A stretch of 64,000 nucleotides of DNA, taken from NCBI GenBank assembly GCA_013265495.1, contig MU058337.1, forward strand, positions 2,138,686 through 2,202,685. Direction: 5' to 3'. The notes beneath the pieces are model-generated. The model worked only from the letters and a program-made list of their open reading frames with translations, had not been told where the DNA came from and searched no databases. The stretch is from Vicugna vicugna. Lineage: Eukaryota. A program made the translations under genes and the position numbers. Positions 23,720 to 36,639 of this stretch are shown one piece after another. Numbering within the stretch: the stretch's first letter is position 1; the number at the start of each line of letters is the position of its first letter.

Positions 23720-23860
23720 TTCAAGCCTCACATTCCACACTGTAAAGTGAAAGGAACAATAATACATAGAACATTAAGCTGTTGAACGGATTAAATGAAA
23801 TGATCCATGTAGAGCAATTAGCACAGCTCTGGCACATGATATAATTTTAAAGTAAAATGT
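23720..23860 (+). mobile_element. MIR fragment
   Basis: gcctcacattccacactgtaaagtg...ggattaaatgaaatgatccatgtagagcaattagcacag. Confidence 0.65.
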
Positions 23861-24077
23861 TCACTCTTATTTTTATGAAAGTGTCGGCTCCACACAATTG
23901 AGCAGTAGACCTTTCCCAGTGCCCAGGAACTGAATATTAAGTGTCAAGTAGACAAATCCAATAGCAACAGTGCACAGTGAGAGCCAACTGTGAGGCCATC
24001 GCTGTGTGTTCACTCAACCGAAATATGTTTTTTTCACCTTAATTTTTAGAATTGTATCTTTGTGTTTTATCCTGTAG

Positions 24078-24317
24078 AGCGATAATAGGCCAAATGTTGA
24101 AGAAGTCTGGAAAATTATGACTTCCTGTCTCCAGACCTTTATAGATCTGGTCATCTGAGTGCTTGACATCATCTATCTTTCCACTTATCTATCCCTACGA
24201 TAATAAAATATGGGATTAAAGTGGCTTTTATCTGTAGTGGGAGACTGGATGTATTTCACATGTCAGTTCTTTGAAAGGGGAAACTCCAGAGCTTCAGAAA
24301 CTATACTGAAGAGTCAA
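24078..24317 (+). other. Candidate exon (240 nt)
   Basis: Acceptor tctttgtgttttatcctgtag| and donor CAA|GTGAGT; Kozak-compliant ATG at 24210 stays open to the donor. Confidence 0.5.
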
Positions 24318-24446
24318 GTGAGTGCTGAGGAAGAACATTTCTGAGTATTACCTGTTAGGATTACAATTTTACTGCTTTAAAGTAATTATGATTTTCATTG
24401 CAGAATCTATTAAAAAGACTTTACCTGACGGTAATTTATCTTGTAG

Positions 24447-24630
24447 TTACAGGTCATTGTTAGAATGAAGGGAAGAAAAGAAGACACGAAGGAGAAATGG
24501 GACTATTTACCAAGAGTATCTTCACAAAGCGAGAAAAGAATTGCTGAGAACCTTAATGCCTGCAGAGCATAAATCACTTAAGAAGCATACAAATTCTGCT
24601 CCAGCCTCCCAGAAGCCTGCTCGTTCACGT
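24447..24630 (+). other. Candidate exon (184 nt; alternative acceptor at 24453)
   Basis: Branch point CTGAC at 24425-24429, acceptors ttgtag|ttacag|, purine-rich body, donor CGT|GTGAGT; 129-nt upstream intron. Confidence 0.55.
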
Positions 24631-24809
24631 GTGAGTACTTAACGTGATTTCACTTCATACTCATATTTCTTTATTAGATAGTTTTAATTCAAATCTAATC
24701 TTTCATTTTATTAACACTCTGGGATATATAGTGTTTTTTGTGTTATCACTTGTGTCATCAAGAATGGGGAGAGATTCCTTTTTTATTTTTATATTATGTT
24801 TAAAAAACT

Positions 24810-25040
24810 AACTACAATTGCTGAGCACTTCTGAATGCCAGGTAGCACAAGTCACTTAATTTATCTGTTGCTAATAAATATCCTCCTGACAAACATTTGA
24901 ATACCTACAAGCATTCCCATTTATGCAGAGAGATTTGAAGTCACGTGGCTTTTCCAGAGATCCTCGAGCATCTGTCAGAGGTAAAACTCATTACAGACCT
25001 GTAACACTGAACATTCACAGACGTAGAAATCCCTTATGCT
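24810..25040 (-). mobile_element. MIR SINE
   Basis: ctacaattgctgagcacttctgaatgccagg...attcccatttatgcagagagatttgaagtcac. Confidence 0.6.
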
Positions 25041-26951
25041 TCTTAAATAAATAAAACATCTAAACTTCACTTTTAAAGACCTTACATTCTAGGTTTGTCG
25101 TAGACCAAGTGACCAAACGTAGTCAGAGGTGTTTGTATTTTTGTTTTGTTCTTGAAAGAATCTCGAAACTTTCCTAGAGCCTTGCGTAGCCAGTGGTGTG
25201 ATCTGGAGGCTGCACGAATGCTGATGCCATTAAATGAGCTGGGAAGAAAGGAGTAGGAACAGGATTGATGCTGAACGACGTGTTTGGCTTCTGCAGTGTA
25301 AAGAGGAGGGAGGCTTCCTCCTGACGTGCGGGCAGCTGGCCCTTCGGACCCAGTCATGAAGTTTTGTGTGTTCATGTTGTGAGCTAAGTTACACTTTGAA
25401 GAAAATGCTGTGTTGGCAGCAGCTATTTCTAATATGAGGAAATTGTCATAGTTTCTGAATTTCGTCAAGTGTCACTTTAACTAATAAAACCATCCTCTTT
25501 CCATATATTTATCTAAAATTTCTTGCACAAAATAAATACAGTGCAGCTTCATTTGTAATTATTGATGTTTGATATGCAGTTACTGTAATCCATTAATAAT
25601 CTAAAATCTCCTTTTAGCCATTTTTGAGCTTCCTCATTTGTGAATATTTTTAAACAGCACTTCCAGAAAGAATGAACTTAATATTAATACCTTTCTGCCA
25701 TTATTATGGAAGTACTAATACTGATATGGGTAAAGCTGGGTGGCAGCTTGTAGCTAGATGCACTGTGTGGGTGCAGTGTGTGACCTGGAGAAACAGCCTC
25801 TCAATTACCTAGAATTAGCTGTAAAAATATGTTGTCTCCAGTTATGAGAACTAAGATTTGTGTTAGACTAAAAATCCTTAATTTTCTTAGCAAGTTGTAT
25901 GTATTTGATGGACTGGTTTTTGAAAGGGCCTCTACGATTTCAGTTGAAAATGTTTTCTTGAAGTAACTCAATATGGACTAGGCAAGCCAGAGTAAACCAT
26001 GGCGTGAAAATCTGGAAGACAGCCTCCAATTTACATTTTATGCATATGACCTGCCTTAATGAGGAAATGAAAATCATAAAATTAGCTTTTATCTAATGGC
26101 CTAATACTTGTTTATGGAAAGTGTTGCTGCTGACAAAGGAAATGTTACCTCATGCTGGCGGCTGAGAGACTTACAGGCACCTGAGTGACCCACAGCTCAA
26201 CAGCTGGTAACCGAAACCCGTCTTGTCAATGTCAGCTACAGTCCATCTTCCCTATTCACCAGAGGAAACAGCCACAATTTGCTTACAGTTTCTGGTGTCG
26301 GAAGGACCGTGCTCTTGGCTCTCATCCCTTTAGGATTGTGGAGAGAAAGCCAAGGCATACATCCAGTGTGCCTACCCCGTCAGCTGTGGGGCAGAGGGGA
26401 TGAAGGATGCAGTACGTTATGAATCACTGCTTCCAAATATTCAGAGGACCAAATGGGACAAAGGTTGTTTTTCTTATTATAACTATATAAAGAAGAAGAA
26501 AATTCAAAATTATACCTCTCTGTACTTCAGTTTTGAATGTGTGGAGATCAGAAAGAAAATCCATTTGCTTCATCTCTTAAACTTAGGGCTAAGACAAGTA
26601 AAAGATAATCTCTATTAGTAAATTATCCTCGAGACTAATTTACTCAAAAAAGAAAAGCAATTCAAGATATACTGTAAGCAAACAGCTAATAAATGCTGCT
26701 ATAAATAAGATTAAGTAAGGATAAAGATAAAAGGGGGTAGGAAATATCAAAGAAAAATAAAAGAATTCTCCAGAGCTTACGAATACAGTCACATCAAAAA
26801 GAGTTCACTGAAGACCTAGCATGTTGACTCTGAAGACTTATGCTTAGAGACAGCGCTTGAAATCACAGAACAGACCCACAAAGGAAAATCTGGTCAGCTA
26901 CGAAAAATAAGAATCAGACTTCCATCAAAATCTTCTTAGAAGAGAAAGCCA

Positions 26952-27250
26952 CTAACTGTATAGCATTCTCCCCACAAATCCATAACCCCAGTCTAATTGT
27001 GAGAAAACACCAGCCAAGGCAAAATTGAGGTATGTTTTCCCAAACACCTGACCAGTACTCTTCAAAAATGTGAAGGCCAAGAAAAACAAAAGACTGAAGA
27101 ACTGTCTCAGATTGAAGGAGACTGAAGACAGGGAGACTAGATGCATGTGGTTTACTGGATGGACTCCTAGAATAGAGTAAAGGTCACCAGTGGACTACCA
27201 GCAAAACCCAGATAAAGCCTGCATTTCAGTTAGTAGGGTTGTATCAATCC
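26952..27250 (+). mobile_element. L1MC4-type 3' UTR fragment within older L1ME/HAL1-like A-rich sequence (~26.6-27.7 kb)
   Basis: cataaccccagtctaattgtgagaaaacaccag...ctgaagaactgtctcagattgaaggagactgaagaca. Confidence 0.75.
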
Positions 27251-27789
27251 AGTGTGAAGTCCAAATCTTGATATTTTCATAATGTGGAAACGTTCTGGAA
27301 GTTTACTTTCACCAGCATTTTCTTAAATACTTTACAATGCGCTATAGCAAATGGAGGCACCAACTAAGAAAAAGTATGATACGGAGAAAACAGGTGGAAG
27401 CAGTTTAGGAAAGTAGTGGAGGGAAATCCCACAGTAGTAACAGTAGAGGAGTTGGCCTGGATTGGAGCAGAAGATAAATGCCGTCAGGAGTGAGGACTTT
27501 GAAAAAATTTAAATGAAGGAAAATATCCTGATAAGGTACCTGATGGTACTGAGACTTTGGACAAATCACTGACATGATAAGAGGCTATACTGTTAAAGAA
27601 AGAAAAAGAAAAAAGCAAGGAATAAAAGAAGAAAAAAAAGGCAATTAGAAATTCCAAGAAAACCAAAAGTTTGTATAAAAATGAAAATAATACATAATTA
27701 TTTCCTGCTTGGCTCTTTAAAGAACAGTATTTACGTGGCCACCATACTATAATTATCATTCACTGATGTTAAGTGAACTGGCATTTAAA

Positions 27790-28680
27790 GTGGCATTAAA
27801 GCACAAGGGCTCTGATGAGGAAGCACCACAGAGCAGGGGACTGAACCTGAGTTTAGGGATGAAGAAAAGCTTGGCAGGAGGTCCTGTCTGAGCTGAAACC
27901 TGAAGACTGGCTGGCCTGAAAGAAGGATATGGCAGTAGGGAGGATTTCAAGCAAAAGAAACAAAATTTGAAAAGACCCACAAGTAAAAGAAAGCATGCTG
28001 TGTTCAGGGTGCTGAAGGAAATGAATTAATAGGAGTAAAAAGCTGAGGAGTGGGGAGGCATTTGGTAAGTGGTAAGAAATAGAGTTTGAGGAGAAGGGAC
28101 TGTGTTACGGAGTGACACGTATTTTTTAGACTTTGAACCTGTGGCTTTGTAACAAAGTGGCTTAAGCAGGAGAGCCACAGTCATGGTATCACTTTCATAA
28201 AGGTGACTTTGGATGCTGTGTGGGGAGTGGTTGGAATTGAGAAAGGATAAAGGCAGAGAGGAGAGTCGTTACTATAACAAGAACAGCTTGGCCTAGATTA
28301 GCATAGGGCCAGTAAGGAAGGGATGTGAAGGGCATTTGAGGGGAAGCACAGGTGACATTTAGTGACTGTGTGAACTTGGGGAACAAGGTAGATGGAAGAG
28401 TTGAGAAGAGTGTCCCGTTTCTGACTTGAGTCACTTTGTAGATAGAGGTACCAGTCACTTCACTCAGCACAGATTGGAAGTGGTGTTGGAACACAGGGCA
28501 GAAGAGCTGATGACTCCAGTTGTCTGATTGTCCATATCTAGAAGACCCAGGATGAGATATAGATTAAGTGGTTGGGTATATGATTTCAAGCTCAAACTGA
28601 GGGCATGGGCCAGAGATATTTTTGGGTGGCATCTGATAAGGATTCATGATTGAAGTCATGGCAGTCAGTGTTACTTCAGT
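27790..28680 (-). mobile_element. L2 LINE fragment
   Basis: tgagctgaaacctgaagact, ttaagcaggagag, tttctgacttgag, gatgactccagtt antisense L2 motifs. Confidence 0.7.
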
Positions 28681-29994
28681 GTTCTTTTGAGAGGCTGGTC
28701 CTTCCACAGCTACTTGATGACTGTTTTTAATGAGATAAAACAAATAGTAATTCAGAAGTTTATGTAGAGAAGGGTCAGCAACAAATACTCATGCCTTCCC
28801 TTTCACTCACAAACAAGGCATTAAACATCTACTAAGGTGTTTGGGAAAACATAGGTGAAAAAATTCGAGGTGCCCACATATACAGACTGGTTAGGGCTTT
28901 TCCAAAATAGGAATGTAATGTATTCTGTGGAAACGTGGAGAAACACAGATAAGGCAGATCTAGGCGGAAATAGTCAATATGGTTGTCATTTCATACTGAG
29001 GCAGATTTGCCAAGTATAAACTGTATTCCATTACAAAGGTAGATTCTTTTGGAGTGGGTGTTGTCTGTAGCTACACCTGTTGTATTTGACCTCACATTCT
29101 AGAGCATTTGGTTTATAAACGTGTGGACTGCCAACAGGAAATACTGTAAGCCTTACGAGAATCCAGTTCATTAATTGATATACTTAGGCTAGGTTGGGGG
29201 CTGTGGTGCATGCTGTGCTGTGAACTGGAGAGCCTGGGGTGGAATCTGGGGAGAAGCAGTCTTCCGTGAAACACATTTGCTTATCTGTCTTTGGATAAAA
29301 TAAGCTTTGAGCAGTATTCCTTAAATTTGAGTATCTTATCTTTTTGGACCTAAGGATATACTTACTTGACTATATCATATCTAATCTTCTAGACTGTTAT
29401 TAACCTGCGGTTATTGCCAGTACCATGTGGTATTTATTGAATAAGAATATGCTCCGATGTTATATACTGGATGAAATAACTAAAAAATTCCTTTTCTTTT
29501 ACTTTAACTTACTACCAGTTAGTGCCAAACCGCCTTTACTGAAGGAGTTGCAGACATGGCCAGGGCCAGTGAGGAGGGAGCAGGCTCACAGTGTCAGATC
29601 AGTTACACTGTGAGAGGATCTGAGAGTCAGGTAAGGCCGGCGATTAATGTGATGAGAGCAGATCGAAGTCAGCTCAGAAGGCAATGTGTTAAAGAGAGCC
29701 TGACAAGAGGGGAAGGAGAGGAAGGAGCTGCTTGGGTAGGCAGGTCAGAGGGTTCAGAGAGAAGGGTGTGGGAAAAGTGGAGGGAAGTGGAGGCTGACAT
29801 CAGTGGATGTGGGAATGAGATGAGGGAGATGAAAAATGGACTTATTTGTAAAGAGAGTGAATTAGAAATTATGCTGTGGTAAGAGAAAAAAGTTAAAAGC
29901 ATTAAAATACGTTGGAGGCTCCTGAATTACATTTATGCTTAATAATTTGATGTAAGAAATAAAGGAGATACTCTAGGCTTTGTATCTGTTTCAG

Positions 29995-30131
29995 GCAAAG
30001 GGTTATGGAGATCATAAAATTAAAATGGTAAACAGACATAGATGGAGAGGCTGGCTTTCTTCAAAGGAAGCAATGGTGAAACTGCTAAAAGAGACAAAAT
30101 CTGAGTTCTTAAAATCTAAGTTAAGTCTATG
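29995..30131 (+). other. Candidate exon (137 nt), open in phase 0
   Basis: Acceptor ctttgtatctgtttcag| and donor ATG|GTAAGA; encodes AKGYGDHKIKMVNRHRWRGWLSSKEAMVKLLKETKSEFLKSKLSL without a stop. Confidence 0.5.
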
Positions 30132-30299
30132 GTAAGAAATAATTTTTATACCGAAGAATATGAAATCATTTCCTAGCCCAAAAATAATTTTTAATAAGAT
30201 AACATGCATAAAAATGTATAATATATAACACGTAATAGAATAAAGATACTGCCCTGTTTAGTTTGAATGTGACAGTTTTCAACCACACGGAACACCCTC

Positions 30300-31090
30300 A
30301 ACTGAGGGTGAGCTTGATTCAGGTGAGAGAGGATTTAATTTGAAGCAGTAGGATCTGGGAAGCTTTGCCAGGGTACTGAGGGAGAGTGGTGGGCTTTGGA
30401 AGCCGGAGTGGTGTTGGCACAAGAATTGTGAGATAATGTAAATGTGGAGTTACGGAACAATGATGATCGGTTGTGAAGTGATAGCTATGGGAGTGGAGAG
30501 AAATGGTCCAACACAAATCATTTTTTAAAGAAAAGACATGAATAAGTTGAGAAGAGATTGTAATAAAGAAAAAGTAGATAAAGAGTGATGATTCCAAAAT
30601 GTACTGCAAGAGCAATGACTTCATACCAGGGACTGAAATGAATTGTTTTAAAGGGAAGCCAGTTTTTGAAGAAAAATGATGAATTTGAGTTTGAACACAT
30701 TGAGTCGGAGGTGATAGTCAATAATCCAAGGAGATTACCATTTGGACAGGTAGACAGATGGGTGAGGATTACCAGACATAGAAGTAAAATCATAGGTACA
30801 TTTACTGAGTGAATTAGCATATAGAGTAAAATGTGGGGGCTCTCACATATGTAAGAGGGAGACTAATGAAATCAGTAAGAGAAAGTTAAAAAGAGGGAGA
30901 CATGGTGAACTGAAAATTTGAGATCCACAGAGGCCAAAGTAGATGAGATTTGTAGAAGGCAAAAACCATTCAGCCATGGGAACTTTTGCACAGGTCCAAG
31001 GATGATGATGGCCACGAGGAGGTCCATGGCGTGGTGCTCATGGACATTAGTCATCTAGGAGCAATTGAAGGAGTTAATAAATTGGGGCAA
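30300..31090 (-). mobile_element. L2 LINE fragment
   Basis: gatgaatttgagtttgaacacattgagt, agagtgatgattccaa and similar antisense L2 motifs. Confidence 0.65.
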
Positions 31091-31439
31091 CAGAAACCAA
31101 GATGGCCAGGGGCTAAAAAAAAACAAGCAGCAGCTAAGGCTTATACTGCTGAGAAGGAGTTTTTGGAAAATCTTTCTCTACGTTTCTATTTTAGGCCAGA
31201 AATCTTTGAGGACATGCTAGAAAGGAAAATTAATTTTTTAGAAAGATGATTAAATGAAGTGGTTGACATTTTTGGCAAATTACAGGGTTTTTTTGTTTGC
31301 TTGTTTTTGCAGTAGCTTGTGTTCCTAATATTCCTAGAGCTAAAATGTATGTCACTGGAATAATACTGGTTCTTTTATTATTGAATATTTTACAATGGAT
31401 TGGTGAGATGATCATCACTGGTGACACCATTAGGAAAGG

Positions 31440-31820
31440 TGGTACTGAAAAAACAAAATTAAACTGAATAGACTTGAAGATCTGCTTGCCTTTATTGAAT
31501 GATTCATGAATTGGTCAGCATCCCATTTAGAGAACAGAAAGCAGCTCCTCGTAGCTGTACGAAGTGGAAGACTTTTACAGATGGAAGGAGGTAGGGCAAG
31601 GAAGTTACTCTTCAAAGGGTGGATTGTTTCAGGGAAGGTCGCCTTCCTTTGGGGAAGGCAGGGCTCTGTCAGGCAGATGACATTATTAGCGCTGGCCGGG
31701 TAATTCCAGATTGGTTCGTAGAGGCTGTAACTGCAGTCAGTTTAGGCATTAAGTCTGGATTTGCTGACATGGGGCTTCGCACAGGTGACTCCATTCTGGG
31801 CTTACTTTCTCTTTTCTGAC
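31440..31820 (-). mobile_element. Solo ERV1-type LTR
   Basis: TG...CA ends with a near 4-bp TSD (aagg/atgg), minus-strand polyA signal (tttattg), gattcatgaattgg motif. Confidence 0.75.
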
Positions 31821-31971
31821 AATGGTTTAGTTCAGTGGTGTAGTTCCAATTTAAGTTCAAACTTTCCAAAGTAAGATTAAGTGGGTCCCTTCTGAGGTAG
31901 ATATAGAGTGATGTTGCAAATATCAACAAGTAAAAATGAGAAAAAAAAGTGGGCTTATTTTATCACTGACA

Positions 31972-32452
31972 GAGGCAGACTTCAGAGATACTAGGTCCAG
32001 TTCTAGACCAGCTCAATAAAGTGAATTTTGCAATAAAGCCAGTCACGCACATTTTTTTGATTTCCTAATGCACATAAATGTTATGTTTGCTCTGTACTGT
32101 AGTCTGTTAAGTGTGCAATAGCAATATGTCTTTAAAAATGTACACACCTTGACTAAAAGTACTTTATTGTTAAGAATGCTAACCATCATCTGAGCCTTCA
32201 GCAAGTCATGGTAGTAACAACAAAGATCACTTACCACAGATCATCGTAACAAATATAATGATAAATGATAATGAAAATGTTGGAAATATTGTAAGAATTA
32301 GCAAAATGTGACACAGAACCACAGTGAGCAAGTGCTTTTGGAAAAATAGCTCTGATAGACTTGCTTGAAGCAGGGGTACCACAAACCTTCAGTGTGTGAA
32401 AAACGCTGTATCTGTGGAGTAAAGTGATGGGCAGTAAAACGAGGTCTGCCTG
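31972..32452 (+). mobile_element. Tigger1 internal-deletion derivative (Tigger1a_Art-like)
   Basis: Both Tigger1 ends present (gaggcagacttcagagata ... aaaacgaggtctgcctg), joined at ccttcagcaagt|catggtagtaac. Confidence 0.85.
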
Positions 32453-32479
32453 CGATTCCTATATGCACTCAGGGAGGGA

Positions 32480-32946
32480 GAGAGAATTACATTTCCCCAC
32501 CTTACCGAAGCGATCCCAGTTCAAATTTGTATGTAGCAGAAAGCTGCCCAGGAACCATTGTTGAAATGTTAAAGAAAGTGTATCCAGTGTCCTGCTGGAC
32601 TCTCTGCCTTTTCTCTTCTCTCTCCCTCTCCTTCCTTTCCTCTCTCCATCATCTTCTCAAGCCTCCCCCAGGTCTGAGGATTCAGCGCCCTTGAGGAGAC
32701 TTCTACTCATAAGATAATGTGCTGTTACTCAGAGGAAGAACGGTGAACCCCAGCTCTCTCCCTTGCTTATTTGTGGCTTTTGCTTGCTAATCCCCAGCCA
32801 AGGGACACACTGGGAACATGTAAGGAGTCCTTCAGAAAACAAGAGCACAGGTGTACGCCAGGCCAGAGAGAGAACGGTCACCACATCCAGCCATTCAGCA
32901 TGACCTCCCTGTCCTAGCTTCTGCCAAACTCTTGTTTCATGTTACA
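32480..32946 (-). mobile_element. Possible ancient LTR remnant (family uncertain)
   Basis: Ends in catgttaca (minus-strand TGTAAC start); LTR-like composition. Confidence 0.3.
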
Positions 32947-34929
32947 GATGGCTCCTCGCGGTGCTCTGTTTAACTTTGTGGATTGTATTCTTGTCCCAGG
33001 AAGTTACTGGACAGTGTAAATGGCTGTTGTGGAGAAAACAAAAAAAGGACCTACTCAGAAAATTCGAAAAGGGAAATTCCATTGTACTTTGAGTCTTTCT
33101 TTCGAAAAGACAAAGGAGTTCCTGTCTTTCGCTCAGGCCAGGGTGGCCCCTAGGAAGTCAGAATTTATGCATATCCATCCTTACCATGACCCACTGTATT
33201 GATCACCAGCATGCAAGTGTTTATCAAGCTTTTACTCAAGAACGATGTTAATGTCTTTTTTCCATTGGAGTGACTTTTCAGCCCCACGGCATTCCTCATT
33301 ATGTATTTGTTAACGAGGCTCTAATGTGATTTAAAGGGCCATCACAAACTCACTGGGGAAAAGGAACTGTTTTCAAGATATGTGGATATCTTTTGAAAAT
33401 AACATTTCTTTCATAGAAATCAATGCTTCTCTGCTATCTTGAACAGGTAATTTCCCCTCAACGGGTGAAGCAGTTGCATGCATATTGTATAAAAGAAATA
33501 AACTCAACAAAAATAGGTGTAAGGAATCGAACAACTTAAAACATTGCTTCTGTATATACCCACAGAGAGGGTGATCCCAGGGTTACGTGGTAAGAAAACA
33601 CTTTATTGAGTGTCTTCTACATACTGGATAATTTGTAGAACCCTGCAGTTATTCTAGATCTTATTAAATACAGTCTTTTTCCTATTCAGTGCCAAATCCT
33701 AAGGTTTCCCCCATGCCTCTCTGGTGCTCCCTGAGATCTGATCCCCATCAGTGTGTCATTCATGCATATTTACATAAGTATGTGTGCGTACATACACTGA
33801 CACGCGTCTTTTGCATTTGTAATTTTTTTTACCCAGTTGCTTCATAGAAGATTAAAATGGCAGATTAGACTCCATTCAGAATTTCACAATCCCTTGGTAA
33901 TAAATCAGTTTTAATCATTTGACGAACATTTCAGAACTGTGAGGTGGGACAAAACCTGATTTGAGATTCATACCATTGTATACCTACTCTTAAAAAAAAA
34001 GAAAAACGGAAGCAATTTACACATCTGCAAACCTGAGGAAGCGGCCGAGAGAATTTGCGTGATCTGGGCACATGAAGCCATTTTAGCACACAAATTCCTC
34101 CCTTTCTTCTCTCAAGGGTGTCGAAAGGATACAAACATATTTTTTGCAGATGACGTGAATTATTAACTGGCATAAATAGCAACTCACAGTAATGCTTCAG
34201 AAATGTGTTTTTTTTTAATTGAGTAAAGATGGCATCCGGAAAATATATGTAGGAAAAAACAGTGTCTTATAAGAGCTGAAAATGCGGACTGCGACGTACT
34301 ATTTTGTGTGTGCGCTGTAATGACATGAGAGTTTAGCTGATCCTTGTTGTCCACTTAATGTGTCTAGCTGTGGTTGAGACTTATTCTCAGAGACAATACA
34401 AATAATTAAAAGTAAGACAACTTGGAAATTGCTTACTAGATCTTCACAATCTACGTTAAATGAGATGCACTAAAAGGTAAACACATCTTTTTACCTACTA
34501 AGGGGAGCTATTAGACATTTGTTTCGTTTTTAAAACACCATGAAGTGTAAAAACGAACCCAGTCTGATTTTCTGTTAAAGGACAATACTCAAGGCGCTAT
34601 ACGTAGTCATAGTTACCTTGAGAGTGAATTTTTGCACTGTGATGCTGACAATCCTAGAACTGTGAGCAGTAAACTGACATGCAAAGTCCCTGAGCTAAAA
34701 AGATCTTAGTGTTCATTTGGTTCACTCATTCTTTTACGCATGGAAACTGAATCCCTGAACGTTCCAGTGGGTAATGAAAGCTTACATGTCATGGGAGCGA
34801 CAAAGCTATGACTGAATCAGGTAACTGAAATTCTTCTGACCTACTGTTTAGTGGTCCTTCCGTTGCGCATGTCATACCATCTCTTTAAGGAGAAAAAGTA
34901 AAACTTTGAGTCACCGGCAGTCTGTACTA

Positions 34930-35412
34930 CAAGAGTAACTTGTTTTTTTATTGCGCTTCACGAGTATTGCATTTTTTTTTTTTTTTACAAGTTGAAGGTT
35001 TGTGGCAACCTTGTGTCTAGGAAGTCTATCAGAGCCGTTTTCCAGTAGCATTTGCTCACTTTGTGGTTCTGTGTCACATTTTGCTAATTCTTGCAATATT
35101 TCAGTTATTTTTATTATTATTATATTTGTTACGGTGATGTTTGATCAGTGATCTATGATGTTTCTACTACAAGTTGCTGAAGGCTCAAATGATGGTTAGC
35201 GTGTTTTAGCAAAAAACTTAAAACTAAGGTATGTACATTGCTTTTTTAGACATAATGCTATTGCACACTCAGTAGTGTACAGTACAGTGTAAAAATAAGT
35301 TTTATATGTACTGGGAAACCCCCCCCCCAAAATTCATGTGACTCGCTTTATTGCTATTTATGTACGATTTGTGGTGGTGGTCTGGAACCATACGCGCAGC
35401 ATCTCTCCAGGT
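34930..35412 (-). mobile_element. Tigger1 internal-deletion derivative (Tigger1a_Art-like), second copy
   Basis: Reverse-complement homologue of 31972-32452 (tgaaggtttgtggcaacc, tgtgtcacattttgctaattctt, gctgaaggctcaaatgatggttagc). Confidence 0.85.
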
Positions 35413-36357
35413 TCTTGGTCTTGAGGAGTATTCACGCCAGGGAGCGTCTCAGAGATAGACCAGTCCTGGGTGCAAGAAGTGGGAGTGCAAGGTGTAAATA
35501 GTTCACTTTATACAAATGCAAGGAAGTCTGATGGAATCAAACATTTTGCCATTTAAATGTGTTGACTCTAGTCTCATTGACTCTGAATTTAGAAATGCTA
35601 AATATTTATTGTTTTTTTTTGCCTCTTGATTAACTATGGTAAATCAAACTGTGGGACTGTAAAGCTTTGGGAAGGTAAGGAGTAGGTTCAGATGGTTTTA
35701 TTTTCCAACCCCGGGACTTGCACACTACCTAGTGCATAGTGAACTCTGTCATTCCCCACCCCCTCAAATACACCTAATCACATTATCACACAATTTAAAA
35801 CATAAAAATAGTATCATTAGTATTTTTATAAATTCAAATTTATAAAATTCACTTATTTCAAAGTCAAATCAGTAGAAATAGAGATGAATGCCAATGCTTT
35901 TTAATGGGCTGAAATTTGGTTTATAACTCATTTTGGGGGTACAGGGTGTATTTAATTATACTTTTAAGAATATTGCTTATACATAAAAATGTTAAATAAA
36001 ATTTTGAAGACACCTAAGAATAGTTGTGAACATTTAGAAATAACAGACACATTTTAAGGGCAGAGGAGAAGTAGTTCATTTGTGTCAAGAAAAGGGCAGG
36101 ACAGCTAAAGGGGTAAGAAGGAGCATGGTGGCTACAGAGCTGCGCACAGGTGCTGGGCCGTTGGTGACTCGAGGCTTCTGTCTTGAATGCCTGGCTGGAT
36201 AGGAGTGCCACCGACCAAGACAAAGGAGATTAACGGGGAAATATATTTGGGGGAAAATAGAAAGTTTAGTTGAAGCACATATGGGAAGTCTCGGGGGGAT
36301 TTTTAGTAGGCAGTTGCATAAGTGAGCTTAAAACTTGTCACAGACTTTAAGCCTAAA

Positions 36358-36557
36358 ATTGGTCTTCAACACTGACTGCACGTTAGGGAAATTTTAAAAA
36401 TTAATGAAGGCCAGGGCCAACTTCAAACCAATTAAATCATAGTTTTTGTGGGTGTGGCCTGGACTTGGTATTACTCCTTCATTTTTTAAATTAAAAAACA
36501 AAACCAAAAACCCTCCCTGGGTGACGATAAGATGTGGCCGGCTTTGGGAACCACTGG
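36358..36557. mobile_element. MER5A/B (hAT-Charlie)
   Basis: ggtcttcaacactgactgcacgttag...accaattaaatca...tttgggaaccactgg. Confidence 0.75.
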
Positions 36558-36639
36558 TCTGTGGTTAATGCTGTAGAGTCCCGTGTACGAAGGTTGCAGT
36601 GGGAGTCACAGGAATGGATGAGGTCAACCAAGAGTACAC

